DNA from: Deltaproteobacteria bacterium
GTDB taxonomy: Bacteria; Myxococcota_A; Polyangia; JAAYKL01
Assembly (NCBI GenBank): GCA_016935665.1
Contig: JAFGQN010000073.1
Location: 21,943 to 85,942, forward strand
Reading direction: 5' to 3'
Length of the DNA: 64,000 nucleotides
The notes below the pieces were generated by a model. That model was given only the letters and a program-made list of their open reading frames with translations. It was not told the DNA's origin and ran no database searches. Of the stretch, positions 9,578 through 20,337 are shown piece by piece. Both the position numbers and the translations under genes were made by a program. Position 1 is the stretch's first letter; every line of letters begins with the position of its first letter.

Positions 9578-10050
9578 AATTATCTTTGTTTCTCGGTGCA
9601 GCCATTGTGGGTGCATCGCTGGCAATGGGCTGTGCCCCTGTGACGTCCACCCGGATCGGTCCACCGGTTTCGCCCAAAAGCGAAGACTGCGATATGGAAA
9701 TTCTCGAAGCAGGCAAAACGCCCACTCGACCCTATCGGGATGTGGGAATGGTGTCTCTCAAAAATTGTCCTGAGTACGATACGGGCGCATGCAAAAAATG
9801 GTTGCGCCAGGAAGCGTGCCGTCTCGGTGGAGACGTGGTGTATCTGCCGCACAAGGGCAGTGTGGATGATCGCCCCGAGACGCTGGCCGGCGGGGTCACT
9901 TACACACTGACGGTGGCCGCCTATGTGGGACAAATGGCGCCGACAAAAGATGACGCCGTATTGAACAGTACCCCCGCAGAACCATGCGACGTGTCTGACG
10001 CATCAGATGAGGAAACAGACGCCCCCGAAGATCAGATGTGTACGGAGTAG
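9574..10050 (+). CDS. Lipoprotein, function unknown
   Basis: Lipobox LAMGC after a hydrophobic leader. ATGA overlap with the glmU stop. Confidence 0.5.
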   Translation: MKLSLFLGAAIVGASLAMGCAPVTSTRIGPPVSPKSEDCDMEILEAGKTPTRPYRDVGMVSLKNCPEYDTGACKKWLRQEACRLGGDVVYLPHKGSVDDRPETLAGGVTYTLTVAAYVGQMAPTKDDAVLNSTPAEPCDVSDASDEETDAPEDQMCTE

Positions 10051-10054
10051 GCCG

Positions 10055-10678
10055 GTGAAGCAGTTTTTAAAAGACCTTTTTAATGTTCCCAATTCGATTT
10101 CGCTGTTTCGTCTGGCGGCGACGCCCCTTTTGCCCTTTTGCTGGTTCGTCCTCGATAGTCCCGGACTATCATTGACAATTGGCGTCATCGTGGGCATCAC
10201 GGATCTGTTTGATGGCATTCTGGCGCGTAAACTTAATCAAATGACCGATCTGGGGGCGCTCATCGATCAGCTGGGGGATCTCATTTTTGAATCCACTTGC
10301 CTGCTGATTGCGGTGGTGGATGGACACTTGTGGATGGGGTGGTTGCTGGTATATCTGTTTCGCGAGTTTACTGTGACCGTGTTGCGCACCTATGTATACA
10401 GCAACGGCGGCACACTTCCGTCGTCATGGATTGGGAAAGCCAAGTCCAGTCTGCTGCAGTATGCCTTTTTCCTGCTGTTTCTGGGGGTTGTGCTTTCCAG
10501 ACCAGGGGTGCTTCCCGCCGAATGGATTCTGGCGGGCATTGTTCCAGGACAGCTGGTGAAGTTTGGTGGCGTTTTTTCCATATTGATAGGACTGGCGGTG
10601 GGACTCATTTCCGGATGGCAGTATCTGAAGGCCTTTGTGGCGTTTTACATCGAAAAAAACATCGCTGCCAACAAGTAA
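10055..10678 (+). CDS. CDP-alcohol phosphatidyltransferase family protein (PgsA-like)
   Basis: DLFDGILARKLNQMTDLGALIDQLGD matches the CDP-OH phosphatidyltransferase signature D-x2-DG-x2-AR-x8-G-x3-D-x3-D. Multiple TM segments. GTG start with GGAG upstream; the start position is uncertain. Confidence 0.7.
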   Translation: MKQFLKDLFNVPNSISLFRLAATPLLPFCWFVLDSPGLSLTIGVIVGITDLFDGILARKLNQMTDLGALIDQLGDLIFESTCLLIAVVDGHLWMGWLLVYLFREFTVTVLRTYVYSNGGTLPSSWIGKAKSSLLQYAFFLLFLGVVLSRPGVLPAEWILAGIVPGQLVKFGGVFSILIGLAVGLISGWQYLKAFVAFYIEKNIAANK

Positions 10679-10690
10679 GGTTGAGCTGTC

Positions 10691-11272
10691 GTGATTACGT
10701 TGAAAACGCCATTCACCTCGCAGACTGAAATCAAAAAAAGCCGTTTTATCGCCCACGCGGCGCCGGTGCAGTCCAAAGAGGCGGCCATGGCGTTTTTAGC
10801 AGCAGTGCGGGACGACACAGCCACGCATAATTGCTGGGCATATAAAATTGGCAATGAGTATCGGTTCAGTGATGACGGGGAGCCCGGGGGAACGGCGGGA
10901 AAACCGATTCTGGCGGCGATTGACGGCAGCGGTGTGGATGGCGTCATGGTGGTTGTGGTGCGTTTTTTTGGTGGAATCAAACTGGGCGCCGGTGGGCTGG
11001 TACGCGCCTATGGCAATGCGGCCGCCACGTGCATAGGGCATGCCGAAAAAGAAGAAGTGATCCCGATGGTGGCCCTGGCGTTTCAGATTCCGTTCGATTG
11101 TCTGGGATGCATCTACCCGCTGCTCAATCGATTTGACGCGCAGAAGCTGGACGAGGAGTATACCGCTACCCAGGTTGTATTTGATGTGTCCATTCCTCAA
11201 AAGAATCTGGAGTTGTTTGCCAAATCATTGAGCGACGCCACCTGTGGCCAGGCTATTTTTTCAGAAGACTGA
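10691..11272 (+). CDS. yigZ: IMPACT / YigZ family protein
   Basis: KSRFIAH ... GEPGGTAGKPIL ... RFFGGIKLGAGGLVRAY, typical of the UPF0029/IMPACT N-terminal domain. GTG start. Confidence 0.7.
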   Translation: MITLKTPFTSQTEIKKSRFIAHAAPVQSKEAAMAFLAAVRDDTATHNCWAYKIGNEYRFSDDGEPGGTAGKPILAAIDGSGVDGVMVVVVRFFGGIKLGAGGLVRAYGNAAATCIGHAEKEEVIPMVALAFQIPFDCLGCIYPLLNRFDAQKLDEEYTATQVVFDVSIPQKNLELFAKSLSDATCGQAIFSED

Positions 11273-11320
11273 AAAGGTCGATTTCTTGATTCTCGTCAAT
11301 GGTCGTGCTTTTAAAAAAGA

Positions 11321-12295
11321 ATGAAACAGCGTTTTCAGTTGGTCCGATTGGCATTGACCGTGGGCATCTGCGGATGTGCATTCGCGTGTAAATCTTCGCC
11401 GGCGTCTCCCCACGGCGGTTCCCGGAAATTGCCCAAAGCAGACCCCCTAACCTCGCCGGATGTCCCAGAGCCGATAAAGCATGAATCCCATGGTTTCAAG
11501 GAACTGATGTGGCATTTTCCAGAGACAGGGCTCGGGCCAACGGCGGTTCATATTACTATTCCAGATTCCGACGTGTCTTCGCGTCGCTATCCGGTGCTGA
11601 TTGCACTGCATGGTCGGGGGGAAGCTCTTAAAACACCGGAGCAGGGCGCTCGGGGGTGGCCTTCTGATTACGGCATGCTGCACGCGTTGAAGCGGTTGTC
11701 CTCCCCCCCTCTGACGGAAAATGATTTCGGACAGATGGTCACCCAGGAGCGGCTGAAAATCATCAATCGCACTCTATCAAACCGGCCCTATCGGGGATTG
11801 ATCATTGTATCGCCGTACATTCCCAACCAATTTGGTCGTCATTTACAAAGCGATGCCAACATATATGGCCGATTTTTGACCCAAACCCTTTTGCCCAAAA
11901 TCTATTTGGAGCTGCCAGCCACAGGGACGGTGGCCGATACGGCGATTGACGGGGTGAGTCTGGGAGGACGCGCTGCCATCGTTATCGGATTGACTCACCC
12001 GGCACAGTTTGGGGCGGTTGGTGGGATTCAGGCGGCACTGGGGGCGACACAGATTCAAATGGTCGTGCGGCTCCTTGAATCAGCGCGGCAACAAAATCCC
12101 CATTTGGCATTTCGACTGCTCAGCAGTACCGAAGATGTGTATCGCGACGTCACTGTGACACTGTCCCAAAAACTCCTTGACGCCGGGTTGCCCCATGAGA
12201 TGGCGATTGTGGAGGGCAATCATTCGTATGAGTTCAACCGTGGTCCCGGCGTATTTGAGATGTTGCTCTATTACAACCGGATTTTTTATCCATAA
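11321..12295 (+). CDS. Putative esterase (alpha/beta hydrolase) lipoprotein
   Basis: Lipobox ICGCAFAC. LIALHGRGE and the GVSLGG nucleophile elbow (GxSxG). Confidence 0.55.
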   Translation: MKQRFQLVRLALTVGICGCAFACKSSPASPHGGSRKLPKADPLTSPDVPEPIKHESHGFKELMWHFPETGLGPTAVHITIPDSDVSSRRYPVLIALHGRGEALKTPEQGARGWPSDYGMLHALKRLSSPPLTENDFGQMVTQERLKIINRTLSNRPYRGLIIVSPYIPNQFGRHLQSDANIYGRFLTQTLLPKIYLELPATGTVADTAIDGVSLGGRAAIVIGLTHPAQFGAVGGIQAALGATQIQMVVRLLESARQQNPHLAFRLLSSTEDVYRDVTVTLSQKLLDAGLPHEMAIVEGNHSYEFNRGPGVFEMLLYYNRIFYP

Positions 12296-12365
12296 ACGCT
12301 GGCTTTGTGTTCAGTAACGGATATGCGGTCAAGCCGCAGAAGAGATAGTCTGTCGTCGCAGAGTA

Positions 12366-12399
12366 AAAAAAAAAACCCCACATTCCTGTGAGGTTTCTT
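12366..12399 (-). terminator. Rho-independent terminator downstream of tRNA-Gly (possibly bidirectional; also follows the esterase gene)
   Basis: Minus strand reads CCUCACA-GGAA-UGUGGGG (7-bp stem with one G-U pair) followed by an 11-nt T run. Confidence 0.5.
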
Positions 12400-12402
12400 T
12401 TG

Positions 12403-12474
<72 letters not shown>

Positions 12475-12487
12475 GAAAGGTGGGCTC

Positions 12488-12516
12488 TATTTAACGGTCT
12501 TTTTTTGGCTTGTCAA
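12488..12516 (-). promoter_or_regulatory. Sigma-70-like promoter for tRNA-Gly
   Basis: On the minus strand: TTGACA, a 17-nt spacer, then TAAATA, about 13 nt before the mature tRNA 5' end. Confidence 0.45.
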
Positions 12517-12764
12517 GAAACTAAAAACATAAAGTTCATTTTTTTTGTTCAGCCTCAAGCGTGCGGATTCGTTCACTTTAATGGTCGGATAATTGTCGGA
12601 ATATGAAAAATACACAACCACCATCCAGATGTTCGCCGCGCCTGATTTCGCTTTGGGTTTCTGTGAATTCTGTTAGACTGTGACGTGATTCACTATTATT
12701 AATGTTAGATAAGTATACTAAAAAGTCATAAAAAAATTTACTGCATGTGGGGTGTGCGCACCAG

Positions 12765-13820
12765 ATGGATACTAACAGATTGGAAACATTGCCGGCAGAC
12801 ACAAGGCCGTTGGAACTGATAGAGGAATACACCTTTCCAACCCATGATTTAATGATGAAAGTGCTCGGACCAGGCAGCGACTTTATACAGCCCATTTCGA
12901 GGGAACTGGGCGTTAAAATTGGAATGCGGGGGGATACACTGCTGTTTCGCGGTGAACCCGAAGCGGTGGGAAGCGCCATTAAGCTGGTGGATCAGCTCAC
13001 GCGGGTTTGCCGTGGACATAAAACATTAAAGGAAGCGGATGTGGTTCGCGGGGCGCGCATTCTCGCAGAGAATCCGTCGGCGCAGCTGGGCAGCATTTTT
13101 AACGATGTGATTCACGTCACTTCGTCCAGGAGATTGATTACCCCCAGGGGGCTGGCGCAGAAGCAGTATGTGGATACCATCCGCAACAGGGACCTGACGT
13201 TTGGCATTGGACCGGCGGGGACAGGTAAAACCTATCTGGCAGTGGCCGTGGCGGTCAACGAGCTTTTGGCGGGACGGTTCAAGCGCATTATTTTAACACG
13301 TCCGGCGGTTGAAGCCGGAGAAAAGCTTGGTTTTCTCCCCGGAGACATGGTGGAGAAAATCAACCCTTATGTGAGACCGCTGCACGATGCATTGAACGAT
13401 ATGATGGACGGGGCCAAAACACAGGAGCTTATGGCAACCGGTCAAATCGAAATTGCCCCGCTGGCCTTTATGAGAGGGCGGACCCTGAACGATTCGTTCG
13501 TTATTCTGGACGAAGCACAGAATACCACACGAGCGCAGATGAAAATGTTTTTGACGCGCCTTGGATATTCTTCGAAAGCTGTCGTCACCGGCGATGTCAC
13601 TCAGGTGGATCTGCCCCACAGCACTGTTTCCGGGCTGGTGGATGCGCGCCGGGTGCTCGCCAATGTGGAAGGCATAGGGTTTTGTTACTTTTCGGATATG
13701 GATGTGGTCCGGCACGAGTTGGTGCAGCGGATCATTTTGGCATATGAAAAAACAGAAAGCACGACTGCGAATAAACAGTCGGACAGGGAAGCAAATCATG
13801 GCGAAAATCAATCTGAGTGA
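12765..13820 (+). CDS. phoH: PhoH-like ATPase
   Basis: GPAGTGKTYLAVA Walker A and ILTRPAVEAGEKLGFLPGD, both hallmarks of the PhoH family. ATG at 12765 is preferred over the GTG at 12747. Confidence 0.85.
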   Translation: MDTNRLETLPADTRPLELIEEYTFPTHDLMMKVLGPGSDFIQPISRELGVKIGMRGDTLLFRGEPEAVGSAIKLVDQLTRVCRGHKTLKEADVVRGARILAENPSAQLGSIFNDVIHVTSSRRLITPRGLAQKQYVDTIRNRDLTFGIGPAGTGKTYLAVAVAVNELLAGRFKRIILTRPAVEAGEKLGFLPGDMVEKINPYVRPLHDALNDMMDGAKTQELMATGQIEIAPLAFMRGRTLNDSFVILDEAQNTTRAQMKMFLTRLGYSSKAVVTGDVTQVDLPHSTVSGLVDARRVLANVEGIGFCYFSDMDVVRHELVQRIILAYEKTESTTANKQSDREANHGENQSE

Positions 13821-15711
13821 ATGGCTGAACGCCTTTGAGGGGCTTCATTGGGGAGAACTCGGGTTTTCGGAACCTATGCGGGCCGAGGATACAATGCTGC
13901 TCACCCATAATAGCGGCGGGCAAATAATCCTGATGAATTCCGAGCAGACCGTGGCGGCGCCGGAGGATGTGTCGCGTATCCTTGTTGCGGACGATGCGAG
14001 CAATTTGAAATCAAATGGTTTTTTTGCAGTGTTGGCGCCTGGCGCATCGGTGCCGCAGTTGAGCAGCACCCTTAAAAGTGCGGCAGAGTTCAGTCGCCTC
14101 AAGCAGGGGGAAAGCCACAACCAGCAAACCATTCAGCGTCATGACTATGTGCTGCGCGAACTGCTGGAAATTGGCAAGAGTCTCAACTCATTTCAGAGTC
14201 TGGAGACACTTCTTTCCAATATTCTGCAGAAAAGTCGCCAGATGATCGGCGCGGACGCAGGCAGTATTTATGTGGTGGAGGGAAATGATAAGCCGATAGA
14301 GCAGCGGCGTCTGCATTTCAAGCTTGTGCAAAATGACAGCATTGCCTGTCATACCGAGGAGTTTTCCATGCCAGTATCCATGGCATCGATTGCCGGTGCG
14401 GCTACGGTGATGAAACGATCGGTGAACATTCCCAATGTGCGGGATTTCCCCAAAGACGTGCCGTATCAGTTTGATCACAGCTGGGATGAACGCACGGGGT
14501 ATCGGACCATTTCCGTATTGGCAGTGCCCATGACCAATCAGGAAGGCACCGTCATGGGCGTGATTCAGCTTATTAACAAGAAGAAAAATCCGTCAATGAA
14601 GCTGGTGACACCGGCAGATTTTGAAAAAGAAGTGATTCCCATGGACCCCGCCGGGTGTGATCTGATTGAAACTCTGGCGTCACAGGCGGGTATCGCCATG
14701 GAGAATGCTCGGCTGTACGCCGAAATAAAGCACATATTCAGCGGCTTTGTTAAAGCCTCCGTGCATGCCATCGAGCAACGGGATCCCACCACCTCCGGTC
14801 ACTCGTTCCGAGTGGCGGCATTGACCCGGGAGCTGGCGAGAGTGGTAACCGCGCAAAAAACAGGGCGTTTCAAGGACGTCCAGTTCACCGAAGATGAAAT
14901 CCACGAAATCGAAACCGCAGCGTTGCTGCACGATTTTGGAAAAGTGGGCGTCCGTGAGGAAGTGCTGGTAAAAGCCAAAAAACTGTACCCGCAAAATCGG
15001 GAAATCATTCGCGCACGCATTGATTTCATCCGAACATCCATCGAAAACGATCATCTTCAGCGACGGTTGGCCATGTTGGAAGAGGGCGCACCGTCTGAAG
15101 AATTGGCGATTCTTGACGATGCCCGACGCCGCGCGGTTTCTGACATCGACGAGTGCTGGCGGATTATCAACGCCGCCAACGAGCCAACGGTTTTAAATGA
15201 AGGCGATTTTGCCAAGGTGGAGGAAGTGGCGGGCCGAACATTTTTTGATTTAAATGGCAAGCGTCGTCACTATCTGGAGTCTGATGAAGTCAAGGCGCTG
15301 CTGGTGGCCAAAGGCAGCCTGACCGCGGAGGAGCTGGAAGAAATTCGTTCTCATGCGGCCCACACCATCTCTTTTCTGGAGCGGATTCCGTGGGGCGTCG
15401 CCATGAAAAACATTCCCAAATACGCAGGATGTCACCATGAAAAACTCGACGGTAGCGGATATCCCAACCGATTAACCGACAAGGACATTCCATTGCCTTC
15501 CAAAATCATGGCAGTGGCAGACATTTACGATGCGCTGACGGCGGCCGATCGTCCCTACAAAAAAGCGGTGCCTGTCGAAAAAGCATTTCAGATTTTGGAT
15601 TTTGAAGCGAAGGATAATCATATCGATGCCGATCTGGTGGCTCTTTTTAAACAATATGAAGTGTATAAAGTCATTGAAGGCAAGCAGCCATCCGAGCTGA
15701 TTGAACAATAA
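13797..15711 (+). CDS. GAF domain / HD-GYP phosphohydrolase
   Basis: HD motif (LLHDFGKVGV) and HHEKLDGSGYP (GYP motif). The N-terminal GAF-like region is unchecked. The ORF begins 13702 inside phoH; the ATG at 13797 (MAKINLSEW) is the more plausible start. Confidence 0.7.
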
Positions 15712-15717
15712 TTAGAA

Positions 15718-16698
15718 ATGTTTCGTGTTTATATCCCGTTGATTTCCATGGCGCTGATAACGGCCATATCAACTCAAAGTATGTCGCAGGAACAATTGGC
15801 GGCCGTTGACACATCGTCGGGGGTTCAAAAAGAGCCTGTCAACGACGCGGGCAATACGGTGGATGAGGGGCGTGCCATCACAGAACCACAAGCAGCGGGT
15901 GGCAATGGTTCGGGAGATGGTTTTTTGCCGAACACGTCCGTTGACGACCCCGGCGTTCCGGATGCGAATCCTGAAATGACGGGTTATGATGCAGCTGAAG
16001 CACCGCCGGATGCAGAAGTCCTCGATGAAGACCCGTTGGACGCTGAAGAGACCGCTGCCACCATGGCGGTTATTGGGGTGGATGATGCCAATGTTCCAGG
16101 GGAATCATCGACACGGACAGCGGAATTAATAGAATCGCTGAAACCGTACGGCAAGGGCGATATGGAGCTATCCGTTGGCATTGGCGGCCGGGGGGGAGAT
16201 GGGTTTACCCTTGCCGCATCGGCCGTGTTCGCTTACTACGTTATTGATCGATTGGCGCCGGGAATGGAAATGGACTATCAGGTGACCTTTGCCGATGTGA
16301 AGTACCCGCAAAGCCTGACGCTTTTTCCGTTCGTGAAATTTGTGTTGATTCGTGCGTTCAAAGTGGCGCCGTATTTATTGGTGGGCGGCGGACGCACTTT
16401 CGAGTGGGGGGGCGCCGATACGTCGTACGATTCGGTCACGGGTGAATTTAACGGATATAGTGCGGTCAGCTCGTGGGTTACCGGAGTTGGGGGTGGGGTG
16501 ATGATTGGTATGGGGAATAGGGTGCGCATTCAAATTCAATTGCTGGCCATGTATAGGGTACTTGATGAAAAAATATGGCGGGACGCCAGGGTGGTGCCTG
16601 TAACAGATAACTCGGGAACAACTTACATACTCAGTGGCGAACGGACCGATAGATATTGGTATCCCGCGCCCAGTTTCTGGTTGTCTTTCGTCCTTTAA
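15718..16698 (+). CDS. Secreted hypothetical protein (acidic N-terminal region, Gly-rich C-terminal half)
   Basis: Signal-like N-terminus IPLISMALITAISTQS. No catalytic motif recognised. Confidence 0.4.
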   Translation: MFRVYIPLISMALITAISTQSMSQEQLAAVDTSSGVQKEPVNDAGNTVDEGRAITEPQAAGGNGSGDGFLPNTSVDDPGVPDANPEMTGYDAAEAPPDAEVLDEDPLDAEETAATMAVIGVDDANVPGESSTRTAELIESLKPYGKGDMELSVGIGGRGGDGFTLAASAVFAYYVIDRLAPGMEMDYQVTFADVKYPQSLTLFPFVKFVLIRAFKVAPYLLVGGGRTFEWGGADTSYDSVTGEFNGYSAVSSWVTGVGGGVMIGMGNRVRIQIQLLAMYRVLDEKIWRDARVVPVTDNSGTTYILSGERTDRYWYPAPSFWLSFVL

Positions 16699-16726
16699 CT
16701 GAAACGGAATCAGGAGAAACGCAAAA

Positions 16727-17365
16727 GTGAAGTACGATATTGTAGTGACCAGTGGTTTTCAGGAAAACTGCTATATTCTTTGGGACGACGCAACGATGGC
16801 GGGTATTGTCATCGATCCGGGGGATGACGCCAATGAGATACTGGCTACGATTGAAAAACGCGGGGTGAAGGTGACAGCAATTTACAACACCCATGGTCAT
16901 TTTGACCACATTGGCGCCGTTCATCCTCTGCAAAACAGTCTGGATGTACCATTCGCGTTGCATCGGGGTGATGCGGAGCTGGCGGCATCGGCCAGTACAC
17001 AGGGACAGATGTTTGGATTGCATTTGCCCATGTCGCCGCCAAAAGTGGATGTCTGGCTGGAAGATGACATGGCGATAATTGTGGGTGAACAAAAGGGAAA
17101 AGTGTTGCATACCCCGGGACATACCCAGGGGGGAGTGTGCTTTCTTTTCTCAGATATGGTTTTCGTTGGGGATACGCTTTTTGCCGGGTCGGTGGGCCGA
17201 ACGGATTTGCCCGGTGGCAATAGTCGGCAGTTAATCGCATCGATTCAGCAAAAATTGATGTCCCTTGATGACACCGTCAAGGTATTCCCCGGTCATGGCC
17301 CCGTTACCAGTATTGGAAAGGAACGGAAGTTCAATCCATTTATCAACTATAACGGTACATTTTAG
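16727..17365 (+). CDS. MBL-fold metallo-hydrolase (hydroxyacylglutathione hydrolase-like)
   Basis: THGHFDHIG zinc-binding motif and further His/Asp ligands (HTPGHT). GTG start with GGAGA upstream. Confidence 0.8.
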   Translation: MKYDIVVTSGFQENCYILWDDATMAGIVIDPGDDANEILATIEKRGVKVTAIYNTHGHFDHIGAVHPLQNSLDVPFALHRGDAELAASASTQGQMFGLHLPMSPPKVDVWLEDDMAIIVGEQKGKVLHTPGHTQGGVCFLFSDMVFVGDTLFAGSVGRTDLPGGNSRQLIASIQQKLMSLDDTVKVFPGHGPVTSIGKERKFNPFINYNGTF

Positions 17366-17581
17366 TATTCTATACTGCTTTATAATCTGCTGCCGAAGCA
17401 TTTTAAGTGTTGTCATTTTTGAGTGCCGTACGGTACATGTATGGTAAATCAGCACCAACAGATATTCTGCGCTTGAATCGACTCATAGGCTTTAGTAAAA
17501 GTTACGAAACCTTTGGTTGGGTGTGGTTCGAAAAAAAATTCGGGGTATGGTTAACGCTTGCGAAGAAGCGGTTGGCAAACG

Positions 17582-19465
17582 ATGAGATGCGAAATATGCG
17601 GCGCTCCTCTTGTGAGCGATAACAACAGTGGACAAACAGTGTGCAGGCGGTGCATGACCAAAACACCGGAGGCAAGTCGCTATTCCAACATGCCCAGGCC
17701 TCTGCCGTCCACGCAACCAGAGATTTCAAATCATTCAGGAAAACCAAGAAGTGCGGTGGGAACCATGGCCACCGGTTTTATGCGCCCGGGCGCGTCGCGT
17801 CCACCTCAAAACGACGATTCCGACACGCCGCTGGTATACCGCAGTACCGCGCCAGGACCCATTTTTGACGATATGGGGGAAGCATCGCCATCGCATGTGA
17901 CCGATGGGGGCGCGCGTCATACGCAACCAACAGCAGCGTCTGCTGTTTCAGCTTATCGGCGGGAAGAGCGGGAGACAAAGGATCCGGCTATTTTCAAAGA
18001 CAGTTTCGGCAGTGCAGCGGAGCGCGCAAATCTGCCCCTGCCCGAAGCGAGGAGAGACACGCCTGTGATTCAGCCCACCAGCGTGGTGCTGGACGGCAAA
18101 TACCGGCTGATTGATGAACTGGGGCGCGGTTCGATGGGAACGGTTTTTCTCGCTGAAGATATTTTGCTTCGACGCAAAGTTGCGGTGAAATTTTTGCTGC
18201 CGGAACTGGCGCATTCCACTGAATGTTGCATTCGGTTCAAGCGGGAAGCCATTGCCATGGCATCGATTCGAAATGAGAGTGTGGCACAGATTTTTTCCTA
18301 TGGTGAAGATATGGGGACACCTTATTTCGTGATGGAATATCTGGAAGGTCAGACGGTTGAAGAGTTGATTGATGCCTATAATCGTCGCGGTTTGTTCATT
18401 CCCCTAAAGAAAGCCGTTCTTATAATGAGCCAGGTTATTGGTGGCGTGGCCGCCATCCATAACGCCAATGCGGTTCACCGGGATATTAAGCCCGGCAACG
18501 TGATGATTACGTATGATCCCATGCGTGCGGTGATCATGGATTTTGGTTTGGTGCGGGACATTAAGGTGCAGGACGATATGCGCACACTGGCGGGGACCCC
18601 TGCGTACATTGCGCCGGAGCTGGTGGAAGGCAAAACGGAGGACGCCAAGAGCAAGTTGGCCGATATTTACTCCCTCGGCGCGACGTTCTATGAACTGGTT
18701 ACCGGAGCCATCCCTTTTATGGGCAATTCCTGGGTGGAGATTTTACAAAAGCATATCGCGGAGATTCCCAGATTTCCATCCAGTCTCAGGCCGGGATTGC
18801 CGGAGTCATTTGATGATCTGATTCTGCGCGCCATGTCAAAGGTGCCCGATGAGCGGTATCAGAGTGGCGAGGAGCTGCTGGACCATCTGTTGCAGATTTC
18901 CGAGGATGCGAACATCATGGATACACCGGGCTCATCCCGGGCCCCCAGATCCTCGCTGTTCAGTCATCCGCCCGCGAGCGCCAATAGTGCCGGCGCGCGC
19001 ACGTCCTCAAGTGGTGTTGTCCGCCGGTATTCCTCTTCAGCCCCTGGCATTTCACCAGTTGCGTCCAGCGCGTCGGGGACATTGCTGGTGGCGGATGCCG
19101 ATACCCGTTTTCGATCGAATGTGTACAGTAAAGTCAAAGCCAATGCTCCGGATATTCGCATCCACTCCGCCACAGACGGGTTGATGGCGATGGACCTTTT
19201 AAAAACCTATCATCCCGATGTCCTGCTTATAAATCTGGCATTGCCTGAAATGAACGGCTTTGAAATTGTGGCTTCTATTGTGGCCGAACGGGACGAATTC
19301 CAGACGAATGTCATCGTGGTCTCTGAAAACAGCGGCGCCACAGGGATGAAGGATGCGCAGTTGCTTCGCGCCATGGGGGTGGACCATTTTTATGCCAAGC
19401 CGGTGGATGAAGATGCGTTGCTGGAAGCGATGATGCCGCTGCTGGAGGGTTCCGGCAACGCATAG
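17582..19465 (+). CDS. Ser/Thr protein kinase with N-terminal zinc ribbon and C-terminal response-regulator receiver domain
   Basis: CEICG...CRRC zinc ribbon. Hanks kinase motifs GRGSMGTVFLAEDILLRRKVAVK, HRDIKPGNVM, DFGL, GTPAYIAPE. C-terminal REC-like segment (LLVADADTRFR ... DVLLINLALPEMNGFE). Confidence 0.8.
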   Translation: MRCEICGAPLVSDNNSGQTVCRRCMTKTPEASRYSNMPRPLPSTQPEISNHSGKPRSAVGTMATGFMRPGASRPPQNDDSDTPLVYRSTAPGPIFDDMGEASPSHVTDGGARHTQPTAASAVSAYRREERETKDPAIFKDSFGSAAERANLPLPEARRDTPVIQPTSVVLDGKYRLIDELGRGSMGTVFLAEDILLRRKVAVKFLLPELAHSTECCIRFKREAIAMASIRNESVAQIFSYGEDMGTPYFVMEYLEGQTVEELIDAYNRRGLFIPLKKAVLIMSQVIGGVAAIHNANAVHRDIKPGNVMITYDPMRAVIMDFGLVRDIKVQDDMRTLAGTPAYIAPELVEGKTEDAKSKLADIYSLGATFYELVTGAIPFMGNSWVEILQKHIAEIPRFPSSLRPGLPESFDDLILRAMSKVPDERYQSGEELLDHLLQISEDANIMDTPGSSRAPRSSLFSHPPASANSAGARTSSSGVVRRYSSSAPGISPVASSASGTLLVADADTRFRSNVYSKVKANAPDIRIHSATDGLMAMDLLKTYHPDVLLINLALPEMNGFEIVASIVAERDEFQTNVIVVSENSGATGMKDAQLLRAMGVDHFYAKPVDEDALLEAMMPLLEGSGNA

Positions 19466-19485
19466 TTTAAAGTGCCGACATTAAA

Positions 19486-20337
19486 TCACCCGTAGTGTTT
19501 TTTGGCGGAATCCACAGTCTGAGCAATGAGGGTTGCGATGGTCATGGGGCCAACCCCGCCGGGTACAGGAGTGTAGGCGCTGCATTTGGCAATGGCGTTT
19601 TCCAAATCCACATCGCCGCAATTTTCCGCTGGGTGATACCCCGCGTCAATGATAACGGCGCCGTCTTTTATCCAATCGGCTTTGATAAATCTGGGAATGC
19701 CCACTGCGCCCACAACCACATCGGCGCGTTGTACTTTGTCGGCCAGGTTTTCGGTACGGGAGTGACAGATAGTAACCGTGGCGTGTTTATTGAGCATCAT
19801 CATGGCCAGTGGTTTTCCAAGGATGGGACTGCGACCCACTACCACCACGTCTTTTCCCTTTAAGTCTATTTTATAGTAATCAATAAGAGACATGATCCCC
19901 TGGGGGGTGGCACTGCCATAGACGGTTTCTCCCATGGCCATTTTTCCAAATCCCAGACAGGTGACCCCATCCACATCCTTTTCGAGTGCAATGGCGTCAA
20001 AACAGGCCCGTTCGTCTATCTGTTTGGGAACAGGGTGCTGAAGCAGAATGCCGCGGACAGCTTCATCGGCGTTCAGCTCGTTTATTTTGGCCAGCAATTG
20101 GGCTGTGGTGGTCTCTTTGGGCATTTCCACTTTTAATGATTCCATCCCCACTTTGTTGCAGGACGTCTGCTTCATTTTTACATATGTGGCGCTGGCGGGG
20201 TCGTCACCCACCAGAATGGTCGCCAGAATGGGTTTGGCGTTGGGATTGGATTCCTGCAACGCGGCGATTTCCTTTTTTAGCGTCTTACGCGTTTCTTTGG
20301 CCAGGGCTTTGCCATCCAGTACTATTGGTTCAGACAT
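19486..20337 (-). CDS. folD: Bifunctional methylenetetrahydrofolate dehydrogenase / methenyl-THF cyclohydrolase
   Basis: Typical FolD sequence throughout ([47 protein letters not shown]). Confidence 0.9.
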   Translation of the reverse strand: MSEPIVLDGKALAKETRKTLKKEIAALQESNPNAKPILATILVGDDPASATYVKMKQTSCNKVGMESLKVEMPKETTTAQLLAKINELNADEAVRGILLQHPVPKQIDERACFDAIALEKDVDGVTCLGFGKMAMGETVYGSATPQGIMSLIDYYKIDLKGKDVVVVGRSPILGKPLAMMMLNKHATVTICHSRTENLADKVQRADVVVGAVGIPRFIKADWIKDGAVIIDAGYHPAENCGDVDLENAIAKCSAYTPVPGGVGPMTIATLIAQTVDSAKKHYG

